The notes under the pieces are model-generated. The model saw only the letters and a list, made by a program, of their open reading frames with translations, did not search any database and was not told where the DNA came from. Both the position numbers and the translations under genes were made by a program. A DNA stretch of 64,000 nucleotides from Candidatus Bathyarchaeota archaeon (lineage in GTDB: Archaea > Thermoproteota > Bathyarchaeia > Bathyarchaeales > Bathycorpusculaceae), in contig CAVZPM010000011.1 of NCBI GenBank assembly GCA_963777155.1, positions 1 through 64,000 of the forward strand, read 5' to 3'. This document shows positions 10,278-19,922 of this stretch, piece by piece (the stretch's first letter is position 1; each line of letters begins with the position of its first letter).

Positions 10278-11339
10278 TTACTCTTTCTTTTGTTTGGGAC
10301 GTAGAGAACGCACGGTTTCGCCTGCACGCCACATTTCACTGTTGCCCATTTCTTTGAGTTCGTCAGCGAGTTTCTGGCGGTAATCGGGTGCTTTGCTCTT
10401 TTCTAGAACAATGCGTGTTTCTTCACCTGCTGCGACAAGTTCGTAGAGTGAGTCAAACACTGGTTGAGTTGCTTCGCGGAAACGGCTTCTCCAACGTAAT
10501 GCTCCGATACGTGCCGTTTCGCTACAGTTGCAGTACATCCAGTCCATACCGTTTTCATCGACAAGGCGGATTAAGCTTTGTGTGAGTTCTTCGACACTTT
10601 CATTAAATGCTTCGCTCGGGCTGTGTCCATGTTCACGCAAGGTTTTGTATTGTGCCTCCAGAATACCTTCGAGCGCACCCATCAATGTTCCTCGTTCGCC
10701 TGTTAGATCACTGTAAGTTTCCTTCTCAAATGTGGTTGGAAAGAGGTATCCTCCACCGATGGCGATTCCAAGAGCTTTAGCGCGTTCTTCGGCTTTACCT
10801 GTTGCGTCTTGGAAGACTGCGAAACTGCAGTTAATTCCGCTTCCATCAACAAAGTTTCTCCGAACAGATGTTCCTGAGCCCTTTGGTGCAACAAGAATTA
10901 CGTCAATGTCTTTGGGTGGGATAACGCCTGTTTGTTCTTTGTAGACTATGCTAAAGCCATGGCTAAAGTAGAGTGCATCGCCAGCTTTCAGGGTTGCTTT
11001 GACTTTCGACCATACTGCTTTTTGTGCGGCATCGGTCAGAAGGAACAGTTTGATGGTGCCTTTTTTGGCGGCTTCTTCCATTGGGAAGAGGTTTTTGCCT
11101 GGAACCCAGCCATCTGCGACTGCTTTGTCCCATTCTTTCTTGAAAACACCTTCTTTTTCTTGTCCAACAATTACTTTTATTCCTTGGTCACGCATGTTAA
11201 GCGATTGAGCTTGACCTTGTATACCATAGCCGAGTGAGACTACAACCTCATCCTTTAGGATTTTTTGGGCCTTTGCCAACGTGAATTCTTCTCTAGTAAT
11301 GACGTCCTCTTTGACGCCTCCGAAATCGATTTTCACCAT
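10278..11339 (-). CDS. ilvC: ketol-acid reductoisomerase
   Basis: GYGIQG, FSHGF, APKGSG, SDLTGERG. Confidence 0.95.
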   Translation of the reverse strand: MVKIDFGGVKEDVITREEFTLAKAQKILKDEVVVSLGYGIQGQAQSLNMRDQGIKVIVGQEKEGVFKKEWDKAVADGWVPGKNLFPMEEAAKKGTIKLFLLTDAAQKAVWSKVKATLKAGDALYFSHGFSIVYKEQTGVIPPKDIDVILVAPKGSGTSVRRNFVDGSGINCSFAVFQDATGKAEERAKALGIAIGGGYLFPTTFEKETYSDLTGERGTLMGALEGILEAQYKTLREHGHSPSEAFNESVEELTQSLIRLVDENGMDWMYCNCSETARIGALRWRSRFREATQPVFDSLYELVAAGEETRIVLEKSKAPDYRQKLADELKEMGNSEMWRAGETVRSLRPKQKKE

Positions 11340-11370
11340 TTTTTATGTTACCTCAGCTTCTCCATTTAGC

Positions 11371-11416
11371 GGACGGCATAATTAAGAATTATGTTATAAA
11401 AATTGGGGATAATTAT
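11371..11416. repeat. dif/att-like site 1 (left hybrid): GGACGGCATAA-TTAAGAA-TTATGTTATAA plus an ATAATTAT box
   Basis: shares the 18-bp TAATTAAGAATTATGTTA and a GATAATTAT box at identical spacing with site 2. Confidence 0.7.
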
Positions 11417-11462
11417 TTCAACTAGCCACTAAGAGAGTCGTATAAAGAAAGCGCTAAGTGCA

Positions 11463-11660
11463 CTAAGCGTCATCGAAGATAAACAATTCATCGATAGTAG
11501 TCTGCAGAACCTTTGCTATTTCGTGTGCCAGTTTTAGAGAAGGATTATAGTTCCCTTTTTCTATGAAGAGTATGGTTTCTCTTCGCACGCCTACCTTTTT
11601 TGCCAAATCATCTTGCGTGAAGTTGTATCTTGCCCTTAGCTCTTTGATTCTTGTTCGCAT
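11463..11660 (-). CDS. XRE-family HTH transcriptional regulator
   Basis: [28 protein letters not shown]. Confidence 0.9.
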   Translation of the reverse strand: MRTRIKELRARYNFTQDDLAKKVGVRRETILFIEKGNYNPSLKLAHEIAKVLQTTIDELFIFDDA

Positions 11661-11665
11661 CGCCT

Positions 11666-12001
11666 TCAAGGTTCCCCTTTTATGCCAAAATGCCATCGGA
11701 GCACAAGAAACGACACGCTTGACACTAAAAGCGCTACTATCATCGGGTAACCCGCTTCGATTTCTGGCATACCAAAGAACTCTCTTCCGACGATGTTAAC
11801 CAATAAATATGCTACAATGAAATATTGACCCATGAACATCGCATAGTATGCAGCTTTCCAATTTAGCCTCTGTGTCCGTTCATCATCCAATGGAAATCCG
11901 GACTTTTTGTCTTTGAGTTTTTTCCAAAGAACTAAGATGCCAATTAAAATCATCAACGCAAGTATTCCGATGCTTACACTTGACCAAGTGAAATCTGCCA
12001 T
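11666..12001 (-). CDS. DUF2178-like membrane protein
   Basis: DERT...KA motif and 3 TM helices, adjacent to the XRE HTH gene. Confidence 0.75.
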   Translation of the reverse strand: MADFTWSSVSIGILALMILIGILVLWKKLKDKKSGFPLDDERTQRLNWKAAYYAMFMGQYFIVAYLLVNIVGREFFGMPEIEAGYPMIVALLVSSVSFLVLRWHFGIKGEP

Positions 12002-12180
12002 CACGCCACCTCCCGTTTTATGACTTGCACCTTTAGCTTTCTTCTTGTTTTGATAGCGCTTACAATCGATAGCAGCACACCAGCACCGATTAATGAGTAG
12101 CCAATCAGCCAATCTTCGGCAAATACGATTCCAAGAATTACGAACGTAAAGGCAAGAGGTGTGAGTTCTTTGTTTCTCAT
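12001..12180 (-). CDS. small 2-TM membrane protein
   Basis: GGAGG RBS upstream; stop overlaps the next start codon. Confidence 0.65.
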   Translation of the reverse strand: MRNKELTPLAFTFVILGIVFAEDWLIGYSLIGAGVLLSIVSAIKTRRKLKVQVIKREVA

Positions 12181-12210
12181 TTGGTCTAAACCTCCATTAT
12201 TTATTAGTTT

Positions 12211-12250
12211 TAACACACTTTATGTTAGTTATATATAACATTTAGAGTTA
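12211..12250. promoter_or_regulatory. candidate operator inverted repeats flanking the TATA box of the HTH operon
   Basis: TAACA-N7-TGTTA (12211-12227) and TAAC-N7-GTTA (12236-12250) on either side of TATATA. Confidence 0.45.
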
Positions 12251-12388
12251 AAAACATTGTGGTGTTTTCAATCCAACCCCATTTGATTCCAAGAATAATA
12301 AAGGAAATAAAATCCAAATGAATAGTTGCGTCACCATATGTTTGTGCTCGCAACAAGTATGCTATTCCACCTGGAATATATGAGGTTA

Positions 12389-12451
12389 ATAATTATCCCT
12401 AAATTCTCGTCGCTAATTAAGAATTATGTTAAGAATTACCCTGATAATTAT
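12389..12451. repeat. dif/att-like site 2 (complete junction site)
   Basis: ATAATTAT, then ATTAAGAATTAT, then ATAATTAT; left half matches site 3, right half matches site 1. Confidence 0.7.
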
Positions 12452-12534
12452 GCTGAGAATATCAAAAAATATTCTAGGGATATTCCTTACCGTGTCTAAC
12501 TGAAACACTCTTGAAGCATCTGTGGCTTTTGATT

Positions 12535-13053
12535 TTAAGTTGTCTTTCCCATTTCTCTGAAGCGAACCAGGGTGCTCTTGTCTTTGTCTAAGAACATTTT
12601 TCCGCTCTCAACCCTTAGATATGCAGCAAGTGTTCCCAAAGTAGCCATCCCATGAACCACCTTTGTGTTTGGTAGTGCACTCTTGATTCCTCCAAAACCA
12701 GCCATGCAGCTTAAAGCGATTGCGGCATCTGAACCTTCGTAAGCTTTAGCTATGCGGCTTCGGGCTTTCTGATCTAACTGGCAGTAGGGCGGTTGGGGAA
12801 GGTTGAAGTACTTTACGTTTGCAGTTTTTCCTTTACTCTCCAACAATTCCTTTAGGCGATTAGCCTCTTGACCCATCGGGTACGGTTCAAAACGGAAACC
12901 AAAAAGCGATACTCTCCCGATTTCGGCCACGTTCTTGGCGTATCCGATGCTTTGATTGGCACAGTATGGGCACTCAAATATAGTGATGTTTTTTGCGTCT
13001 CCAACTTCTCGAAGAATGTATGCATCGCTTGCAATTTCAGAATAACTTCCCAA
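12535..13053 (-). CDS. Cys-containing hypothetical protein resembling the MetV N-terminal domain
   Basis: IFECPYCA...YCQ...IALSCMAG pattern. Confidence 0.55.
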   Translation of the reverse strand: MGSYSEIASDAYILREVGDAKNITIFECPYCANQSIGYAKNVAEIGRVSLFGFRFEPYPMGQEANRLKELLESKGKTANVKYFNLPQPPYCQLDQKARSRIAKAYEGSDAAIALSCMAGFGGIKSALPNTKVVHGMATLGTLAAYLRVESGKMFLDKDKSTLVRFREMGKTT

Positions 13054-13465
13054 AATAAATCACCACTTTCTCTTATAGTCAAAGTTGTATTTAGCATTAT
13101 TCTAAGTTGAATTTACAGTTAAAAATGATGCAGTGTTTGACTTTAGGCGACTTTATTATGTTATTTGCAGCCGTTACTGGATTCTGACCATGCCTACCCT
13201 ATATTGAAATCTGAATTACGTTAACTCTACATCTGATTATTCATAGAATCATACGTGTATAGCTTGAATCCTGTAAACCCCCCTTAACCAAGCCTGTTTA
13301 TTCCAGAACCATCCAGCGTCGTCATCAATTTTTTTTAAAATTTAATCTATAGGTTGAATATTTTTTCATTGCCTAAACAAGCGTGCGCTTTCGGGGCCTT
13401 TCCGTTTTTTCGCTTTCTCTTCAGAGAAGCTTCTGCTTTGAAAATGAAAGCAAGTAATTGTAACC

Positions 13466-14018
13466 TTAGTTTAGTCCGTTTATGTTTGTGTCTTTAAGGT
13501 TAAATTCTATATAGTAGGTTTGATTTTCAAAAATTGTCGCATAAACAATTCTAACGGGCCACAGAAGAACTTTATCTATGTAATATGTAGCGTTAATTGC
13601 TTCGTTGGTGTAATCGTAGGCTATGCATTCTCGTGTTCCTATGCTTCTAACGGTTATTTTCGTGTTATAGGTTCCTGCAAGTGTTTCACCTTTAGGCTGA
13701 AAGTTAATGTTTGTTTTGTTGACCCATAAAGTGGTTTGGTCGGTTAATGTTGGCGCAAAAGATGTTGCAATTGATGAGTTAGTTTGGATTTGCACGTGGG
13801 TGGCGTTTAAGTCAGTGACTTGTATTGTTTCGTTTATGCTACCTGGTATAGAAAGTGAGTCTATTTGGCCTTCGTATGTTGCATATGCCCCTTTAAACAT
13901 CCAAGACTCAGCCATGCTTTGCTGGGTATTATCTCATAGGTTGGTATCCAATAATCAAAACTAAAGTTGAAATGGCTAAAACGATTGTGAACCCAACAAT
14001 TATCCAACTTTTTCCCAT
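13466..14018 (-). CDS. secreted or membrane-anchored hypothetical protein (frameshifted)
   Basis: signal anchor MGKSWIIVGFTIVLAISTLVLIIG from 14018, continuing in ORF 13466-13915; many N-x-T sequons. Confidence 0.55.
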
Positions 14019-14144
14019 ACTTAGCTAAGGAATGAATTGCGTTAAAAGGGTTATCATGTTTAACAATTTTTCCCTATCCTTTAAGTGTGTATCCAGAAGC
14101 CTCAGCAAACCCAATTTTCTTTACAGTTTACACGTTCCAGATTT

Positions 14145-14194
14145 ATAATTATCAGGCATTTTTCTGACCTTATTAAGAATTATCCCTAAAAACA
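14145..14194. repeat. dif/att-like site 3 (right hybrid)
   Basis: 14145-14183 aligns ungapped with 12389-12427 (28/39 identical by manual count). Confidence 0.7.
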
Positions 14195-14257
14195 CAGCTA
14201 ACTAGTCATCTACAAAAAGCGTAAACCACTTAAACCGTTCTTGTCTAATACCGAATT

Positions 14258-14737
14258 GTGGCATTAAACAAATTCACCCCTGAGCTCATCGCCCCTTGCG
14301 GAATGAACTGCGGGTTATGCAAATCCTACTTAGCTTATTCAAGGGGAGTACCCACCGAAAAAGGCAAAGTATCACATTGCACTGGCTGCCGAATTAGAGA
14401 CAAAAACTGTGCTTTCATCAAGCGGAACTGTCCAAAGAAAGTCGGAAAACAACTCATGTCCTGCTCCGAATGCGATGAAATGCCTTGCAGACGACTGGAA
14501 CATTTGGATCAACACTATCGAGAACATTATTGCTTCAGCATGGTCAATAACCTCAAAGAAATTAAAGAAAAAGGCATGGAAAAATTTCTCAAGGATCAAG
14601 AGGCGAAGTTTCGATGCCCAAGCTGCGGTGATGTTGTCTCTGTACACGATGGCAAATGCTATGCTTGCGGCTACAACTCACCGAATATTGGCAGACGCCC
14701 GGGAACTTTTTGGAAACCAGTCAAAAAAGGTGAGTAA
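14258..14737 (+). CDS. DUF3795 family Cys-rich protein
   Basis: APCGMNCGLC, CTGCR, CSECDEMPC, CPSCG. Confidence 0.85.
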   Translation: MALNKFTPELIAPCGMNCGLCKSYLAYSRGVPTEKGKVSHCTGCRIRDKNCAFIKRNCPKKVGKQLMSCSECDEMPCRRLEHLDQHYREHYCFSMVNNLKEIKEKGMEKFLKDQEAKFRCPSCGDVVSVHDGKCYACGYNSPNIGRRPGTFWKPVKKGE

Positions 14738-14777
14738 CGGCAACAGAAAGTTGTGAGTGCCAGCACTTAAATCTAAA

Positions 14778-15690
14778 TTACGCGCCCATTAGATTGAGAT
14801 AAATCGCCTTTGCCGCATACAACCTATTTTCTGCTTGCTCATAAATCACCGACTTCGGGTTCTCTATGGCTTCTGCGCTGATTTCGTAGCCCCGGTGAAT
14901 AGGCATATCATGCATAATGAAGGCGTTGCTTCCTAGTAGCAATTGGGAATTGATTTGGAAGGGCATCATTAACTTTATGCGCTTCTCTTTTTCTGATGTA
15001 AACTTGGGGTCGGTGAAAAACTCCATGTCAATCCACGTGTCGGTGTAAACGAAATCTGCATCCGCAACCGCCTTCTTTACATCCAATGTTGATTGCCAAA
15101 GCCCAGTTTTTTTCGCCTCAGAGAGTAAATCTTCATCTTTTGAGGCTTCGTTGATGATGGGTGTGACAGTGATGAGTTTGACACCTGTCTTGGTGCACCC
15201 TTCAATCAGCGAGTTGGTTACGTTGTTGTGTACACCGATGTAGACGAGTTTGGCGCCTTTAAGTTTGCCATGTTTTTCCTTGATAGTGATTAGGTCTGCC
15301 TAGTGCTTGGCTTGGATGGTACTTTTCGTCGCAGCCGTTAATAATGGGAACACAGGAAGCTTTCGCCATCTTCAGCAGATCCGAATTGCAAAGTAGCCGC
15401 GCCATGATGCAATCGACATTTCGCGACAGGTACTGTATCTCATCTGTTATGTCTGCTAGAGCAAAGTTGGTTGTTCGCCAATCAATGTACAGAGCGTGGC
15501 CGCCAAGCTGGGTCATTGCAACTTCAAACGAGACCCGCGTGCGGGTGGAAGTCTTCTGGAAAATCAACGCTGCCGACTTACCCTCGAAGGTCTTGAGGTA
15601 TTTCTTGGGATTGCTCTTAACTTCAATGCCCAAATCGACGAGTGCGCCAAGTTCTTGACCTGACAACTCTTTGAAATTGATCAGATGCAT
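14778..15690 (-). CDS. argF: ornithine carbamoyltransferase-family enzyme (frameshift near 15300)
   Basis: FQKTSTRT, HPSQA, QAENR; variant HDMP motif. Confidence 0.85.
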
Positions 15691-15792
15691 CTTTTCCGTA
15701 CCTTCCACAGACGCAGAATCAAGCGTGCAATTATAAGCTTTATGCAAAAACCTTTTCCACTAAACTATACAACCACAATAAGGGGAACATCA

Positions 15793-16615
15793 ATGATTCT
15801 GCTAGTAGCTTCAAACAAGGATATAGCAAGCCTGAACATAAAAGACCAAATCCTAAACAACTACGACTTTCTCAAAACCGGAGTTTTCCAGGAAAACCCC
15901 ACTTATACCGCTGATGTAAATGGCAAAAAAGTGACTTTGGCAACTTTAAACGAAGAATCAGTCAAGGCTCAATATCTCCCAAAGGATTTTCCAACCGCAA
16001 AACTGATTGTGTTCATCTCAAGGCATAGCAGCCAAAGCGGCAAACCAACCTTGTCTGTTCATACACCCGGAAACTTTGGCGATGCAGAACTTGGCGGATT
16101 GCCCAAAACCCTCTCGGTTTCACCTGCCCAAGCTATGCAAATTGCCCTAAAAGCGCTCATGCACTACAAAGAAACGTTAAACCTCAATTATGAAGTATCC
16201 TTCGAATGCACCCACCATGGTCCAAGCATAAATGTCCCAACAATGTTCGTTGAGTTAGGAAGCTGCGCCGAGCAATGGAGCGATTTGAAGGCTGCAGAAG
16301 CTGTTGCCCACTCTGCCATGACTGTTATTGCCAACTTTACAGCACCAACCAACTACAGCGGTTTTGGGAATTGGCGGAACCCACTACAATCAGAGGTTCA
16401 CGCTTATGACTTTAGTCGGTGAAGTCGTTTTCGGTCACATGATTCCCAAATATGCTGTCCACCTTATCGACTCCGAAATGTTAAGGCAGTGTGTTGAGCG
16501 AACTTTGGAGAAAGTGCCGCTGGCGGTTCTGGATTGGAAAGGCATCAAAAGTGAAGATAAACCAAACCTGCTATCTGCTTTGGAAACAGCTGGGTTGCCC
16601 TACAAGAAAGTATGA
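15793..16615 (+). CDS. dtdA: D-aminoacyl-tRNA deacylase (frameshift near 16355)
   Basis: SRHSS, SVHTPGN, ECTHHGP, FVELGS, GGTHY, GHMIPKY. Confidence 0.9.
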
Positions 16616-16725
16616 TATCTCAAGTTAAAGGAACGTTTAAAAGTCTTGTTACAGTAGTTTTTTAAACTAAAAAGTTAGAGTAACGTTTATTATATAATAG
16701 TGAAATCTTGAGTGTGCGGTAAAAT

Positions 16726-16932
16726 ATGGGCATAAAATCTTGGCTACAACAGGCAGCAAGAACCTTAAAGCTAGCTGTAAAACCGGGGCGTGAAGAGCTT
16801 TGGCTCTCCATAAAAATCAGCCTCTTAGGTATAGGTGCAGTAGGCTTAATCGGGTTCGTAATTAAACTGTTATCTTATGCAGTGGGCGGCGCAACATCAG
16901 GCACATCAGTAACGCCAACACCAATTCCTTAG
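16726..16932 (+). CDS. secE: protein translocase subunit SecE / Sec61-gamma
   Basis: LKLAVKPGREE followed by a TM helix; canonical position before spt5. Confidence 0.9.
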   Translation: MGIKSWLQQAARTLKLAVKPGREELWLSIKISLLGIGAVGLIGFVIKLLSYAVGGATSGTSVTPTPIP

Positions 16933-16945
16933 AAGGACACTTACC

Positions 16946-17420
16946 ATGGACAAGAAAGAAGAGCTAAATCAAGTAAAAATTTTCGTTGTAAAAACAACGA
17001 CTGGTCAAGAACGCAACGTAGCGCGTCTAATCGCATCAAAAGTTGAGATGGCTCATATTCCAATAAAATCTCTTCTTGTTCCAGATACACTCAAAGGGTA
17101 CGTGTTTATTGAAGCTGATGGACCACACCTGGTGGAAGAAGCAATCACAGGTGTTAGACATGTTCGCTCCAGAATTCCAGGGTTCGTAAGCTTTAGCCGA
17201 AATTGAACGGTATATAGTGCGTAAACCAGTCATGGAAGACCTCAACGAAGATGACGTTGTCGAAATCACTGGTGGCCCATTCAAAGGTATGCGCGCTAAG
17301 ATAACAAGACTTGACAAGTCAAAAGGCGAAGTTACCCTCGAGCTCTTAGAGGCAACATTCACTTTGCCCATCACAGTACATTCAGACTATGTAAAACTAG
17401 TAGAAAAAGCAAAAGCATAA
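16946..17420 (+). CDS. spt5: transcription elongation factor Spt5 (frameshift near 17197)
   Basis: NGN domain (KTTTGQE, KGYVFIE) and KOW motif GGPFKG in the second frame. Confidence 0.92.
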
Positions 17421-17431
17421 AGTGAAACAAA

Positions 17432-17923
17432 ATGGCAGACAAAAAAGTTGTAGAATTGATCGTTAACGGCGGACAAGCCAACGCAGGTCCACCATTAGGG
17501 CCAGCTCTTGGTCCTTTAGGCGTTAACATAGTGGCTATTGTCAACAAAATCAACGAAATTACAAAAGAATATGCTGGAATGAAGGTTCCAGTGAAAATCA
17601 GCGTTGACACTGAAGAGAAAACCTTTGAAGTTACCGTTGGTACACCCACTGCATCCGCACTCATTGTTGCTGAACTTAAAGTTGAGAAGGGTTCAGGAAC
17701 ACCCAACTCAGTAAAAATCGGCAACCTATCTATGGAGCAGATAGTGAAGATAGCAAAAATTAAAGGTCCACAGTTGCTAGCCCCAACCGTTAAGAAGGCA
17801 ACAAAAGAGTTACTTGGCACCTGCGTGAGTTTAGGCGTAACAGTGGAAGGCAAAGATCCCCGAGAAGTCCAGAAAGACATCGATGCTGGCAACTACGAAC
17901 AACTATTCGGTACCGAACAATGA
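17432..17923 (+). CDS. rpl11: 50S ribosomal protein uL11
   Basis: GPPLGPALGPLG. Confidence 0.97.
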   Translation: MADKKVVELIVNGGQANAGPPLGPALGPLGVNIVAIVNKINEITKEYAGMKVPVKISVDTEEKTFEVTVGTPTASALIVAELKVEKGSGTPNSVKIGNLSMEQIVKIAKIKGPQLLAPTVKKATKELLGTCVSLGVTVEGKDPREVQKDIDAGNYEQLFGTEQ

Positions 17924-17978
17924 TAAGCGAATATTTTTATAATGGGTTTCCAATCCCTCATTGGCACGAGGCTTAAAA

Positions 17979-18632
17979 ATGCCCCTAGACAACAAGACTA
18001 TAACTGAAGCAATTAAACAGGCAAAGGCGAAGTCTGGTCAGAAGAAATTCAACCAGACCGTAGATTTGATTCTCGACATCGTCGAGATCGACATGAAGGC
18101 GCCAGAAGGCAAAATCCAGGAGATTGTAGAGCTTCCCCATGTAACGGGTAAACCCAACAAGATCTGTGTAGTTGCTTCAAGCGGAGATTTTATCACAAAA
18201 GCAAAGAATACAACGGCTGACAAAGTACTGGAACGCGCAGACTTAGACGCCCTAAGCGGCAAAAAGAAGGAATTGCGTAAACTCGCAAGCACCTACGACG
18301 TTTTTATCTGCGAAGTGCCCTTAATGCCGCTTGTAGGTAGGACTCTTGGTCCAGTTTTAGGTCCCAGAGGTAAGATGCCTATTCCTGTTCCACCAAACGC
18401 TGACCTTACAGCCTTAATTAACAAGCATCGCAAGACCGTGGTTGTGAGGATGCGTAGTCAACCAATCATACAAGTTTCCGTCGGCTCAGAACAGATGAAG
18501 GATGAAGAACTAGTCGAAAACACAATGACGGTTCTCCGTGTGCTCGATGGAAAACTGAAGCGCGGATTGAAAAACGTAAAGTACGCGTTCATCAAGACCT
18601 CCATGGGTGAACCAGTCAAAATTAAAGCTTAA
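17979..18632 (+). CDS. rpl1: 50S ribosomal protein uL1
   Basis: KFNQTVDL, LGPRGKMP, KTSMG. Confidence 0.95.
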   Translation: MPLDNKTITEAIKQAKAKSGQKKFNQTVDLILDIVEIDMKAPEGKIQEIVELPHVTGKPNKICVVASSGDFITKAKNTTADKVLERADLDALSGKKKELRKLASTYDVFICEVPLMPLVGRTLGPVLGPRGKMPIPVPPNADLTALINKHRKTVVVRMRSQPIIQVSVGSEQMKDEELVENTMTVLRVLDGKLKRGLKNVKYAFIKTSMGEPVKIKA

Positions 18633-18646
18633 AGAGAAGAAAGATT

Positions 18647-19510
18647 ATGCCGTCCCAACAAGTATTAGAAGCAAAATCAAACGAAGTCGATGCGATAAAG
18701 GACATACTTAAAGAGTACAAGTCAGTTGGCATTGCCAGCCTCAAAAAGGTTCGTGCTTCTCAATTGCAAGAACTGAAGAAAAGTATGGCTGGAAAAGTCT
18801 ACCTCCGCGTCCTAAAAAACACGCTTATTAAAATCGCCATAGACGAAATGAACCAGGAAGACCTTAAAAAAATCGAGGAATACTTGGAAGGATCAAACGT
18901 TTTCTTGTTTACTGACCTTAACCCCTTCAAACTGGCACTTCTGTTGGAACACGGTAAAGTTAAAACAACTGCCAAAGCAAACGACATAGCCGCAATGGAT
19001 GTGGTTATTCCAGCGAGCAACACTGGTCAACCTCCAGGACCAGTCATCAGCCAACTAAACGCTGTTGGTTTACCAACCCGCATTGAATCCGGTAGCGTCT
19101 GGATCAGCAAAGACACCCTTGTCGTCCGCAAGGGCGAGGTAATAAACGACCGTTTAGCTGGTGTTCTCTCAAAACTCGGCATAAAAGCCGTAGAACTCGG
19201 CATCTCTATGCGTGCAGTCTTCGACAACGGCTTAATAATTACCGGCGACCAACTCAAAGTTGATGTTGCTGCAACCCGCAAGAGCGTTGAATCAAGCAAC
19301 CAAGAAGCCTTCGCGTTAGCACTTGAAATCAACTACATAACCCAAGATACCATTAAGCCACTGCTACAGCGTGCTCACCAGAAAGCCGTCTCACTATCTG
19401 TCGGTGCAGCTATCCCAACAAAAGAAACCATCGCAGACATAATTCGCAAGGCAAACTCGGAAATGACAAGCTTAAGCGGCGCCGTAGACAAGGTTAAGCC
19501 CAAAGCTTAA
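18647..19510 (+). CDS. rpl10: 50S ribosomal protein uL10 (P0), without an acidic tail
   Basis: KNTL, TGQPPGP; operon position. Confidence 0.95.
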   Translation: MPSQQVLEAKSNEVDAIKDILKEYKSVGIASLKKVRASQLQELKKSMAGKVYLRVLKNTLIKIAIDEMNQEDLKKIEEYLEGSNVFLFTDLNPFKLALLLEHGKVKTTAKANDIAAMDVVIPASNTGQPPGPVISQLNAVGLPTRIESGSVWISKDTLVVRKGEVINDRLAGVLSKLGIKAVELGISMRAVFDNGLIITGDQLKVDVAATRKSVESSNQEAFALALEINYITQDTIKPLLQRAHQKAVSLSVGAAIPTKETIADIIRKANSEMTSLSGAVDKVKPKA

Positions 19511-19776
19511 GCCCATATTTTCAATTTTTCTTATTCTAAAACTGCGCTTTGTGTTTTGCTCCTTAGTATTCCATTAGCGTTAGGACTCAGCTTTGCTCAG
19601 ACAAAACTGGTTAAACTTGAAAAACCTTAGGCAAGATTCTTATTTTATTTCTATTTGAGCATAAGAGGAAAAAAGTGCCATAACAACCTTTAGTTGTTGT
19701 TGTCTCGTGTAGCCCACATTATTTTATATTTTGAGCAAGCGATAGTGTGTTAACAGAAAGGAGAAAGAGCCCCAGT

Positions 19777-19862
19777 AGTTAGGCAGATCTGGCAGCAGGT
19801 ATGGACAAGGTTTTGCATTTTTTCCTTGTATTATGTCTGCTCACGGCTAGGTCTGCCTAGCT
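19777..19862 (+). ncRNA. long hairpin, candidate structured RNA
   Basis: 34 pairs (27 Watson-Crick + 7 G.U), no mismatches, two bulges; TTTTATAT box at about 19722. Confidence 0.6.
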
Positions 19863-19922
19863 TCCGCTTTTAACGGTTTGTTCTCAAAAATATTGGCTTT
19901 TCAAAGAAAATGATTTGGTATT

